DNA of 63,947 nt, taken from contig CM052816.1 in assembly GCA_028534125.1 (NCBI GenBank), positions 44,270,001-44,333,947 on the forward strand. Reading direction: 5' to 3'. The position numbers and the translations under genes were made by a program. Shown one piece after another: positions 40,086 to 52,000 of this stretch (within the stretch, counting starts at the first letter, position 1; each line of letters opens with the position of its first letter). The notes beneath the pieces were generated by a model that was not told the DNA's origin, searched no databases, and saw nothing but the letters and a program-made list of their open reading frames with translations. This DNA comes from Lama glama (Eukaryota).

Positions 40086-41479
40086 CCTTAATTGTAATTG
40101 AAAAATTAATAAGCTGGTAAATCCAAAATAAGCTATTATGCTAAAATATTGCTAAATAAGAGAAGTTAGGTGTAAACAACTGAATACTGATAGAAATATT
40201 GGAAAGTGTCAATAAATAAGTTTAATTCTAAAGTCACATAAGAATCTTGTTTTAACTTGGATCTGTGAGTAAAGCATTTGGTAAGGCTTACCGATATGAT
40301 TCACTGTAGCTTGTAGGTAGCGGATAGAAACTGACTTATCTGTAGCTCAGAAGGCTGGTAATTCTGTGTGATACAGATTTACACAGGAAAATTATAAACA
40401 AGGTTTATTGAAAATATCTGGGTGTTTGATGTTAGAATAGTTGTTCAGTATATAAGTTCCAGTAATAATACCGACTCAAAGACCCATTAACATATAAATA
40501 GTAGTCCGTTGTGAAAGCAGTGAACTTTGAGGATTATGAATAGTTGCAATGCCAGAGTAGGTTGTACCTTTTAGCTTCAAACTTAAAATGTGGGAGAAAA
40601 ATTAATTAATTAGAGGATATCCATTAGGGCCTAATTCAGAATAATGCCCTTAACAAATACAAATTGTAGAACTACAAAATAGATAATGCCTGGAAGTGTG
40701 ACAGCTAGGACCTAGCACATTAATAGACATTAAAATCTGAATTTAAATCTTTAATACAGAATTTGTGTTAATATAGCAAATGTGCCTGATGCTGATTAAT
40801 ATCTGTTACATCCAAATTCTTCCCTCGTTAATTAAAAGTTCTTAAGACCAAGGTCTTAAGTATTTCTGTCTCAGTCTCAGTGTGTTTTGCTGGTAATAGC
40901 CACTCAATATGTGTTTGTTAACTATTCAGTTATACTGAACTTTGGTTGTTTTAATCATGCTAGAAATAAATGGATCACCTCAGACTGAAAATCTTTTGTT
41001 ATAGAGAACTATCTATTATAATATAGCTTGTGGCATGTTGTAACAACAAACCTCATGAAAATGTTATTTTACAGGTCTTCGTTTATTTAGGCCACAACTA
41101 GAGTAATTCTCTCCATGAATATTTCTATGTGAGATGTTCAAAACTTGATTATATATAAGAGATTGGTGAAGGGTAAGAGGAAATTGGGGTCATTTAGATG
41201 AAGACCAAAAGCCTGAAACCATTCTTAGGAGTCATTTAAAATATAAAAAGATAAGTGATTTTTAAATTCTACTGTGAAAACAACAACAACAAAAATAACA
41301 TGACTCACTTAAACAGAATATTCTGGATATCTATTTCTGATAAGGCACACGTTGCCAGCAAAGTGAATTCTGAAAGAAATCTTTGAATTATTCATTATAA
41401 AGATGTTTGTTTTTGTCATCATAGCAGCATACAGAGTCTCCATTTTCATATTGTATTTTATGAACATTTGCTACTCTTC

Positions 41480-41998
41480 TCGAAGGGCATGAGGCTGAAC
41501 TACCCACTCCATCCGGTACTGAAGCAGCAAGGCAACAGCACCCAGCAGACACTCCTCTCTCGGGTCTAACCCTCAGGGCCTGTGACGCAGCGTGGGCACC
41601 CAGCGTCTGCGTGCAGCTCCAGCCAGAGCCGCTCTCGCCCTCCGCTTGGGCCGTGGTGCACTAGTGCTCGTACGGACCAGAGCCAGCCCACAGCCTACAA
41701 CAAGGCGTATCACCACTGGTAAGCTGCATCTTCCTATGAGAGCCCTGCTTTCTTTGAAGAAGTGTGAAGCTCAGCTATGGGATAAAGGAATTCGTACCAT
41801 CCTTAGCTCTTTTCTGTCCTCTCATCAGCCTGGAGGCAGTACCTGTCCTTTGCGATCGGCCACTTTTGAACCCCCTCATGTCCCTTTTCTCCTTTCTCAG
41901 GAGTTAACATACTTTCTACCCTAGACAGCCCTTTATATTAAATTTTCCCTATTCACATAACCAGTGTGGTTTCAGTCACCTGATTGGACCTGATTGAT
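41480..41998 (+). mobile_element. Ancient ERVL-class LTR with CpG-rich interior
   Basis: 3' end ctttatattaaattttccctattcacataaccagtgtggtttcagtcacctgattggacctgattgata resembles old ERVL LTR termini; 5' boundary approximate. Confidence 0.6.
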
Positions 41999-42672
41999 AA
42001 AAATATTTGATAACTGCCTCAGGTTTGCTAAAAAACTTCTGCAATGTAACTCAATTTACTCATCAGATACCAACCTATATTGATTTGTATCTTTTTTCCA
42101 TTGATATATGTAGTCTGATGAGTTACATGATTATGTTTAATTACTCATACTTGTCTCTATAAAAACTGTGGAAACAGGGAGTATCAGAGTGTAAAAAAAG
42201 ACTCATTTCTAATTTGATTGGATTATATCATCCTGAGCATAAAGAGACTGCAAAAACCCACTTTGCTTTAAAAAATGTGGCTATCATTTCTATCGCACTC
42301 TTTCTTACACTCCCACTTACCAACTATTGGTCAAATGCTTTCTTTGGAACCAACATTTGGAGTCTCTTCTTCACAGTATACATGGAAAATGATTACTTTC
42401 TGCTTGCTACCTTAGCAGAATAATTGGAACAAATACATTTTAAGACTCACTCCAAGTGGTTCATTTGCAAGTATAAGTAAGTTGTTCGATGGATTTGGAA
42501 GTGTATCTTTTGTATGGCCAACTGTTCTTTTCTTAAAGTTAGTAAAGTTTCACAACTTTGAGGTTTGTGAAAAGGGAAAACTGTAATTTTAGCAGACAGT
42601 GTTGTTCTTAGGCATGGACAAACTTGGGTCCCTGCCCAGCCTTCCAACTGTAGGATTGTGCGGCTCTGCAGC

Positions 42673-42911
42673 GTGCCAGGGCCTCTGTTTTCTGCTAATA
42701 GACCACAAGTTTTCTGGTGGTTTTTCTATTGTTAAGGATGATAAAAACAGACTCTTATAGAAAACTCGGTAGAAATGTACAGTGCTTGTACCAGAAACAC
42801 TGAAAAAAAAATTCTTATTTTAGTGTACATGGTATTTCTCTCTCTCCCTCTTTTTTTTTTTTTTTTTTCCTTTTGGCAGAAAACAGAGGCACAGGCTGGC
42901 TCGGCTGGCAC
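42673..42911. repeat. Inverted repeat / potential stem-loop
   Basis: gcctctgttttctgc (42681-42695) is the exact reverse complement of gcagaaaacagaggc (42876-42890); gtgccag (42673-79) pairs with ctggcac (42905-11). Confidence 0.85.
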
Positions 42912-44512
42912 CTCAGCTCGGGAAGAAAAAAAAAAAGGAAAGAAAAAAAAAGAAAAAATCAGAAGAAAGGAAAATCAAGGCACAGATGGCATCAAACATT
43001 CTCAAAACCTCCATGATGAAAAGTTCTGCGATAGAATGCTCAGGGATTGGGCAGCCATCCCTTTGATGAAAGGTTTTTCAAAGATCTCTTCCTCTATTTA
43101 GGTTAAAAAGATGGGTTGGAAAGTCTACTGAAAAAAAAGGAAAGAATGATTTAGTCACTCAAAAGAGAAGGCACTTCATGAAAAGAATACAGGCAATGTG
43201 AAATTCTCTGGGTAATTAAGCAAAAGGGAATAGGGACAATCCTAGCCCAGGGCCATTTTTACTACTTTTAGGTAGACCTTCACCAAAGCAAATACAATAA
43301 TGACAGTTATATTAGGCAACTTGATTAGGTAATCTTTCCATAAAGCCTTGGAAGCATAAAGACCTTACAAGAATATTATCTTAATCATTGATACCCCACC
43401 ACAGAAGCAAATTTAACATCCTCCATGCTTCTCAGACAGCTATGTGAAAGGCTCCCTTGCCCCACTTAGCATCCTTTAATTGTATAAAATGAAAGTGTTA
43501 TTTAGTCACGCCTCTGAAAAAACTTACATTCATATTCCAAATAATAGTGAGCACTCAAGGAAACAATAAATCTTCTTATAAGCTTTTACTAACCTATTAC
43601 ATAATGGTAAAATTGAGTCTTACTCCTTAGAAATTCAGTAACCACATCACTTACAAAAATACAATAAATAACAGCAAGTGACATTTAATTGATGTAGAGT
43701 AAGTATGCATTCTCAATTTTAGGATCCCTTTGAAATCCATCGTTTCTGAGAGTCAAAATGAATTTATGATTTTCTACCAAAAGTAGTCCAAAGAGATAGC
43801 TTTCTCTTTAAGGAAACAGTTTTAAAAGACTGATAAGAAAACATCAAAGGGCTGCTGGGACAAATGATGTTGGATGTAAGTGAATCATAGGCTCAGTGAA
43901 CACATTTGACTTCTTAAAAATAGTCTCCAAGTTGGTACCCTTTTCCTCTCTGCCAAACACCCTTCATCTTAGTCTAGCACCCCAAAGCAATGTCTGTTGC
44001 TCTCGTATATCATCCTCGGGATGCAGGCCCCAGATTGCCTCTTTCCAGCCGTTAGATGTGTGCTGTCTTCTAAAATCTCCATCTAAAATCATCGGCTAGT
44101 TCCTGTTTCTTGAGGATTTTGTTTAAATGCTGTGAGGTCTGTGACCTGAATCTCTATAAGTGCTCTTCTTATGAGATACCGCCCTGTTCTCAGAGGCATA
44201 CTGGAGATACTTTGTGCACAAACACGTTTCTTACCAAGGGAATCTCAAGCCCTATAGAGGGTGATTGGGAGAACAGAAGAACCTTGTATCATCAACCGTA
44301 AATTATATCATTTTGGTTGACAACAAATAAATATATAGGAAGAACATGTAGGTCCATAAATAAATTAGTATGGGTGGAGATGATCTAGAAAACTAGTCCA
44401 TTGCACTATTAATGTACAGAATTATAGAGGACATAGTAAGAGTCCTATTTATCCAAATGGGTCAAAAATCTAGATTCGTAAGTGAATTTTCCAGTTGATA
44501 ATGTTTACTTAC

Positions 44513-44681
44513 TTAATCATGTGAAGACTGAGCATAACATTTCAGAAGACAATACAATCTTAAGGCCATTGTTCTTTTTGAGGAAGCTGTCAACATGAAA
44601 GGCATGAACAGTTAATGATCTGAGCCCTGCTTGAGAGGAAGAAGATTGGAGACCCACAGACACAAGGGAAGACCTTGTAAC
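44513..44681 (-). other. Candidate non-coding exon (169 nt)
   Basis: Minus strand ctttgcag|GTTAC...ATTAA|gtaagta; weak pyrimidine tract; stop codons in all frames. Confidence 0.2.
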
Positions 44682-47199
44682 CTGCAAAGTTTTTGCCAAC
44701 ACAGTGCAACTTAGTGACAAAGTTATTGATAACATTCAGTGAATTTAACATGTTTCTAAATAATTTAAAAGTAAATGGTTAATCAAGATTTGCTGGGAAA
44801 CAAGCTGCTGGAAAACAAGCCACACCTAAATTTACATGAGCTTATAATATTATATTCACACTTGCTTAAAATGCACATGCTTGCTTTGTTTTAATGTTTT
44901 ACACAGTAGATGACCTATAGCACGTATTATGCTAAAGAAAATTTGTGGTGAGCAATCCTGAGATTGACTATAAGGGCACGAAGGAGGGCAGATACTTCCT
45001 TAGGGTAAAACAATGGATGGTCCTGGAAAGCCAGATCATCCATTAACAGAACTTTGTTCTGGCATGAAAGCATGCGGTTAAACCCAGGGGAAATATTTGC
45101 TATCTCGAGATGTCCCTGAGGCACTGACAGGGTAGATTTAGAAATTTTGCATACCCCGAGGAGGGTGATTGTTCCTGGAAGGGATAGGCCTGAAATTAAG
45201 CAGTTAATCAGCAAGCAGAACTTAGTGCTTATCCCATGGAATATCTAAAGCCTCACCTCTTTGATCACATTGTTTTCTGAGCTGTGTACTCCTAATAAAT
45301 ATGATGTCAACCAGGATTTCAGGACTCTGGATCCACAAGCTCTTGACTCTCCTGGTCCCATCTTTGCTCTTTACTTTGTCTCTTTGTTTCTTAAGTCTTG
45401 CATCGCCCTTCCTCAGACACAGTCCCGAGCTGCGCTGGACGCAGCAAAAATTTAAAAAAATCTGATAAAAAAAAAAAAGAAAAGCATAATCTAGTTTATT
45501 TATTAAGGTAAAGAGCTTTTATACAAGTGATTCTCTTACTTAATTATTCCTGCATGATGGTTTCTGCCTATAGGTAGAGACAGAAAAACTAACAAACCAA
45601 AAAAAAGAGTAAAAGCTTTTGTTGTTGGTTGTTTTTTTGCAGCATCTTAAGAGACCACTTAACAGATCACATTTTTGGGCACTTGTGTGGCTCGTGTTGG
45701 GTACAATGAGTACAATGTTGCTTTTTAATCTTAATGTTTTGATTTTCGTATCAAATTAAAGCTCTTCTTTGTTAATCTAGTTTCTGTAGTAGTATCAAAT
45801 AAGGAGGTAATAGGTAGGAACAAAAAGGGTTAAATACAGAGATGATCAGAAAACAGTATGAACACATTACCCCAACATTAGGCAAGAAAATGAATTATTT
45901 AACGTCATTTTCTATTAACCTAACAGTTAAAATAGGACCAAAGTATACATAAAAATGAAGTAAAACAATTAGGCAACACTTTAAATGGTTCATTATTATT
46001 AATTCATTTAGTATTCACTGTAACTATGCGGGTCATAATGAATTCATTTGATATTAATGGGAATGTTCGGTGGCAATTTTATTATAATGCAATTTTAATT
46101 CATGTGCCATTAAAGTAAAGCAATACCAAAATTTATATTTATTTTTTTGAATACTGTACATGATCCCTAATTTTTAGAAACAGTACAATAGTTGTATTCC
46201 CCCCCCCCATTTGGGTGAATAGCTCAGATTTAAGACAAACTAGGATGTTTGCCTTGAGCTACACCAGTAATGTTAAAGTGGATAGAAGTTTGTGTAATTA
46301 AAATGTTCTATGACATTTGAAAAATACAGGGGTTAATGGCTACTTCAAAAATTGTCACGTCAATATTTGCTAATATTTAACTGTTTCATGCTCCTAAATT
46401 AGCTAATACTACACTGATGATACTATGTTAAGATTTTTAAAATTCCCATCCTCTGCTGTTATGGAAAGTTGAAAGTAAATTATGTATGTTTGGCATTTCA
46501 CTGGAATAAATAGTGATTTTAACCATTTCCAAATAATATTTAATTCACACCCAAAAAGTAGAATTGATCTTGTGATAAAAACTATATCCTATTTAGTAGA
46601 TAGTATTAGATATTTTTGAAAGACATTGAGGAAAGTTTACAGATAATTTTTCTGTAGGACTGCCTCAATAAGGTCTTAATAAAAACCTTCAAAATGGCAA
46701 CAGAAATGCACTCCGTTTACTTCTAGTTTCTCTGGAGGCAGCCTGTAAACCATTTTGCTGAACTGTGTAAGAACTAATGACAACAGACAACCAAAATCCA
46801 CAGTCCAATCAACAGGCCCACTAAAAGTGCATTTAACCCTTTAGGCAGTTACTCAGCAATGCATAAGAAAGCAGCCTACCCCAAAATTCCTCATTTGAAA
46901 TGTTATGCTCTAATACACTGTTTACAGGCCAGGTAGCCTAGAGGTATATGTATATATAATTTGGTTTTTTGTTATTTTGGAAATAATTAACTGGAATACA
47001 ATTATCTTAAAGTAGCAATAAAGACTGCTTTCTGTCTCTCCAACCTCTATGGCAAACGAAAAAAATGTTTAGAAGTAGCTTTTATAAATTTAACCCAAGT
47101 TGCTATTTTTTTTTTGCTGTTTAATTCATTAAAGTAAAGTAACAAAAATTCATGAAAATACAAACTAATTCATTAAAATATTATGAATTAATAATATCT

Positions 47200-49030
47200 A
47201 AAAATGGTTTTTCCTCCTGCTTGAAATAACTTAAAAAACTGAGCAAAATATATGAGATAATTTTAAGACATTGGATTACCAAGTAACCAGCAAAGAAGGG
47301 AAACCAAATGAGCCCTATGAATGCTCAGCTTCCTGTCTGGAGGGAGCGTTTCCAGGCCTTAGCACAGGGAGGGGCAACCTACGTGAAGTCCAGGAAGCTC
47401 TCTGAGTTGAGGACACAGAGTGACCTGGGAGTCCAGAGAGATCCAGGTAGCTAGATTTCAGAGAAAAATACTGAAAAATACTGGACGTGAGATAATTGTA
47501 GGGAGAGAGAGAGAGATCCAGAAGTCTACAGTGGGCTCCAAGAAACTTCACCTGAGTCCTGATCCGTATATATGTGTAAGGAAACTACTCGATGCTGGAG
47601 AAAGAACAGTAAAATAACTAGAGAGAACAATTTCCATGACAAACAGGGCTAAAAGCAGAATTTGATTGCATCAGCCATGGTAGAAAAGTCTTGACAAGGA
47701 ACCAGGACAATGGTCTCCAAGAGAAAGGAAATAAACTACATTAGATAGAGCATTAGATAGAGAACATAGGCGGAGATTGCCCCAGGAATGTGGAGAATTA
47801 TTCCTGAAGTTAGCTCTGATATGAATTAACAAAACAAAAGCAAACGTCAAAAGGATCAAACTATTTCCAAGAAACTTAACTGCAACCAAGAATAAAAATG
47901 TTAAGTGATATTTATGGGAATAAAAAAAGTCTCAAAAACTTCCAGGCATGTAAGGAAACAGGAAAATACTTATCTATAATGAGAAGAAAATTCAAACAAT
48001 AGAAATAGACTCAGAAATAATACAGAGAATGAAATTAGTAGACAATGACATTAAAATAACTATAACAGTTCAGTTTCATGTGCTTATGAAAGTATAAGAA
48101 AAAATTGAGTAGTTAAGTGAGAACATGAAAAATTAAAAAGAATTACAAACCAAACTTCTCAAAATAAATATTACAATTCCTCAGTTGAAAAATAAACTGA
48201 AATTACTAGCAAATTAGATACTAAACAAGAAAAAAGATCAGTGAACTTGAAAAAATAGCAGTACAAACTATCAAATTTAAATCTATCTAATATGCATGGA
48301 ATTGGAGTATTGAGAGAAAAGGAGAAGAACAGAAAAAACATTTGAAGAGTTTTCCAAATTAGAGGAATCGTATAAACCCACAGACACAAGAAGTTCAGTG
48401 AGCTTAACAAAAACAAGAATAATAAAGAAAGAAAACATAGCAAATAACAAATTGGACGATTAAGAATTTAACAAGTTGGTAGTTTAATTTCAACTAAATC
48501 ATCACATTAAATATAAATTATAAAGACTCCAATTAAAAGGCAGAGATTATGTTTGACAAAAATACTCAACAATATGTTGCATTAAGAAACACATTTTAAA
48601 TGTAAAGATCAAATAGATTAATAGGATATAAAATGATACTCTATGCTAGCACTAATCCAGAAGAAGCAGACATGTTAATATAAATACTAGGGCAGATTTC
48701 AAAACAAAAAGATTCTTCAAAACAAAGATTATAATAAGAGGTTGATCTCAAGAACACAAATTGCTTTAATACTCAAAATCAATGTAAGATAGTCTTTTAA
48801 AAGGATAAAAAAGGAAAACCATGATCTTATCAATATATGTGAAAAAAAGTCAACAAAATTCAAACTCTACTCCTGTGAGAAACTCTTCTCTAAAAATACT
48901 AGGAATAGAAAGTAACATTGCTTAAGCTGATGAACTTGAAATCTACAGCTAATGGCATACTTCATGTAAAACATTAAATGCTTCCCCTCTAAAATCATGA
49001 ACACACCAGAGTAAAACCAATGTAAACAAT
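47200..49030 (+). mobile_element. Old L1 (L1MC/MD-like) 5' region with decayed ORF1/ORF2 pieces
   Basis: ctcctgcttgaaataac...aaaatatatgag 5' motif; A-rich ORF1-like text; ccaattaaaaggcagagatt and aaatgcttcccctctaaaatc ORF2 motifs. Confidence 0.75.
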
Positions 49031-49040
49031 TATTGCTGTT

Positions 49041-52000
49041 GGGGTAGTGGGTGATGAATCAAAATGGCAGAATAGGAAGATGAGGAACTCATGTCCTCAC
49101 AGGAACCCATAAAAAATACGTCTACATGTGAACTAATTCTTACTGAAAACTAACTGGAGTTTGGCAGATACAGCCTTGGTTGTACAGGAGTCTAAGAAAT
49201 AAACACACGGAATCGGGTAGGAAGGAAACAAAACTGATCAGGTTGAGACCTGTGGTCCTGGAAGAGTTCTTAGAAGAGGAAGGGGCAGAGATTACATGGG
49301 CAGAGATCACCCATGGGGAGTGAGCAGTTTGAGCCACATGTCCCCCTGGCTGGCTGGAGGGATAGTGGGAGTAACAAGAGGGCTGTGAGAAGCCTGAACA
49401 CCACTCGTGAAGACTACACACACACACTTGCTTACTCCCCAAACAGGGCAGATTGAAACTGCATTGAGACACTGACCAGTTTCCCGCAATTACCTTGGTG
49501 TGTGTCCCAGACTGAGCCAAGCTCCTGCTCTGGCCCGGCTTGCTTCACAATGCAGCTTCAAACTAGAGTGAGGGCTGCTGTGGCCAAGGAGAGAACTCAG
49601 CTCTGAGAGACAAAGGTGGCTCAGACCCAAAGCAGCATCTGAATAGGGCAGGGGCAGCCACTCCTGGAAGTGCATCAGAAGCAGTTCAGGTCTGTGACTG
49701 CAGCCAGGGCCACCAAAGCCTATATCCAAACCCATGCCAAGTGCCTGTCCCAGCCCCTCTTGCTCCAGCACTGCTTCCCTCTGGAGTGAAGATGCTGGTT
49801 CTGGGATAGAGGAGAACACATAGTCAAAGGGAATGGAGCCAGCTCAGAGATTATCTTTAGGGCTCCTGCTCCAGCAACTTGGGATCTGCTCAAACTTCCA
49901 ATAGGGTGGTGCTGGCCACTGAGCAGAGAATAAGCTCATACCTGGCTCTGGCCCTAGTTCCTCCATCTCCAGCTCCATCTATTACCAAAATAATAGCTGC
50001 CAACACACCTTGGAGAAAAATATGACTCTTGCTCATTTCAGATCCAGTTCTCCCACAAAAGCCACTGGACACATGCAGACTGTGTAGGGACCCTCCCACA
50101 CAAGTATACCCCATCAAGACTGCAATAGGTAACTATTTCACCTAATTTCATAGAGACAAAGTTAAGCAAAATGAAAAGATGGAGAAATTTAATTGAAAGA
50201 GTAAGATGAAACACTTGAAAACACATTAACGAAGCTGAAATAATTAACCAGATAAAAAGTTAAAATCATTAATAGTAAGAATGCTAACTGAATTAAAGAA
50301 AAGAATAGATGAGAACAATGAGAATTTTAACAAGGAACCAGAAAATATAAAAAAGAACCAATCAAAATTGAAGAAAACAATAAGAGAAATAAAAAGCCCA
50401 CAAAAAGGAATGAACAGCAGACTAGGCATAAGTGATCTGAAAGACAGAATAAAAGAAATTGTCCGATCACAGCAACCTAGCTGTTGCACCCCACAGGCCT
50501 ACCAGCCCTGTACTTGTCTAGCTTCAAGATCAAAGAAAGAGTCTGGAGTCAGCAACAAAGACAATTGGTTTAATGGATAGGGGAATCTTTTACATGTGAA
50601 GCAAGACCCTGGAGCAACATCCCATCATTTACAACAAATTGTGAGCAGGACATGGCAGCAGTCTTTGCTCCTGGTGGGGGAGAGGGAGGTTACCAGTTGT
50701 AGGGGGAATTGACGTTAGGATGGCCTATTAGTTAACAGGGAAACTAACAGAGGGGCATGTCCCATATCACCCCTTTGATAAGCTATCATGGTGAAGGTGT
50801 TCTGACCCAAACATTAAAACAATCACTAGCACTAGCTGGGCCTGGAACAAGTCTGTAGGAAGGTGAATCATGTGAGTAGTACATAGGTCAAACAGGCCCG
50901 GTCAATCAGGGGATGTACAGAAAGCAAGAGAACATCCATCTTGGGTGACCTGATCATATGCTAGGATTCTCTACTCAGCAAGATTATTATTTAGATTATC
51001 ATCTAGAATTGAAGGAGAGATTAAAAAAAAACTCAGAAAAGTAAAATCTAAAAGAGTTCATTAATACTAAACCTATTCTAAAACAAATGTTAAATGGGCT
51101 TCTCTAAGGTAAAAATAAAAGTTTATGACAAGAAGTATTTGTAAGAAAGGAAAAATCCTACTAGTAAAGGCAATTATATAGTAAAGACTGAAGACCAACT
51201 ACTTAAACTACATATGTACATAAGCTAGTATGAACATTAAGACAAAAAATTGTAAAAATCCACTATATAATAATCAGTGAAGGAAAAAATAAAAATATGA
51301 AATGAAATTTTAAAAATACAAAGTAGAGGAGGGAGTAAAAATGTGTTTGAACTTGAATGACTACAAGTTTAAAACAAGTAAACATACATATAGGTCAACA
51401 TTTATAAACCCCATGGTAACCACAAATCAAAAACCTACAATAGATACATAAAAACTAGAAAGAAAGAAACACAAGCATACCACTGAAAAAAAATCATCAA
51501 AACAGAAGGGAAAAGCTACAAAAACAACCAGAAAACAAGTAACAACATGGCAATAAGCACATTATCTAGCAATAATCACTTTAAGTGTTAAGGGACAAAA
51601 TCATCCAATCCGAAAACATAAGGTGGGTGATTGGATTAAAAAAAAAAGTCCCATCTATATTCTGTTTACAGGAGACTCACTTCAGAGCTAAAGATACACA
51701 GACTGAAAGTGAGGGACAGAAAAAGATATTTTATGCAAATGGAAATGACAAAAAGTGGGGGTAGCAATACTCATATCAGACAAAATAGACTTTAAAACAA
51801 AGTCAATAACAAAACACAAAGAAGGACACTATATAATAACCAAGAAATTAATACAAAAAGAGAATAATACACAAACATATGTATACCCCATATAGGAAAG
51901 CCTAGGTATAAAAAACAAACACCAGCAGACATCAAGGTAGAAACTGACAATAATACAATAATTATAGGGGTCTTTAACAACTCACTTACATCAATGGACA

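Noticed and set aside
42775..43101. 108-aa ORF with poly-Phe and poly-Lys
   Set aside because: Composition comes from the T and A homopolymer tracts; no evidence of coding.
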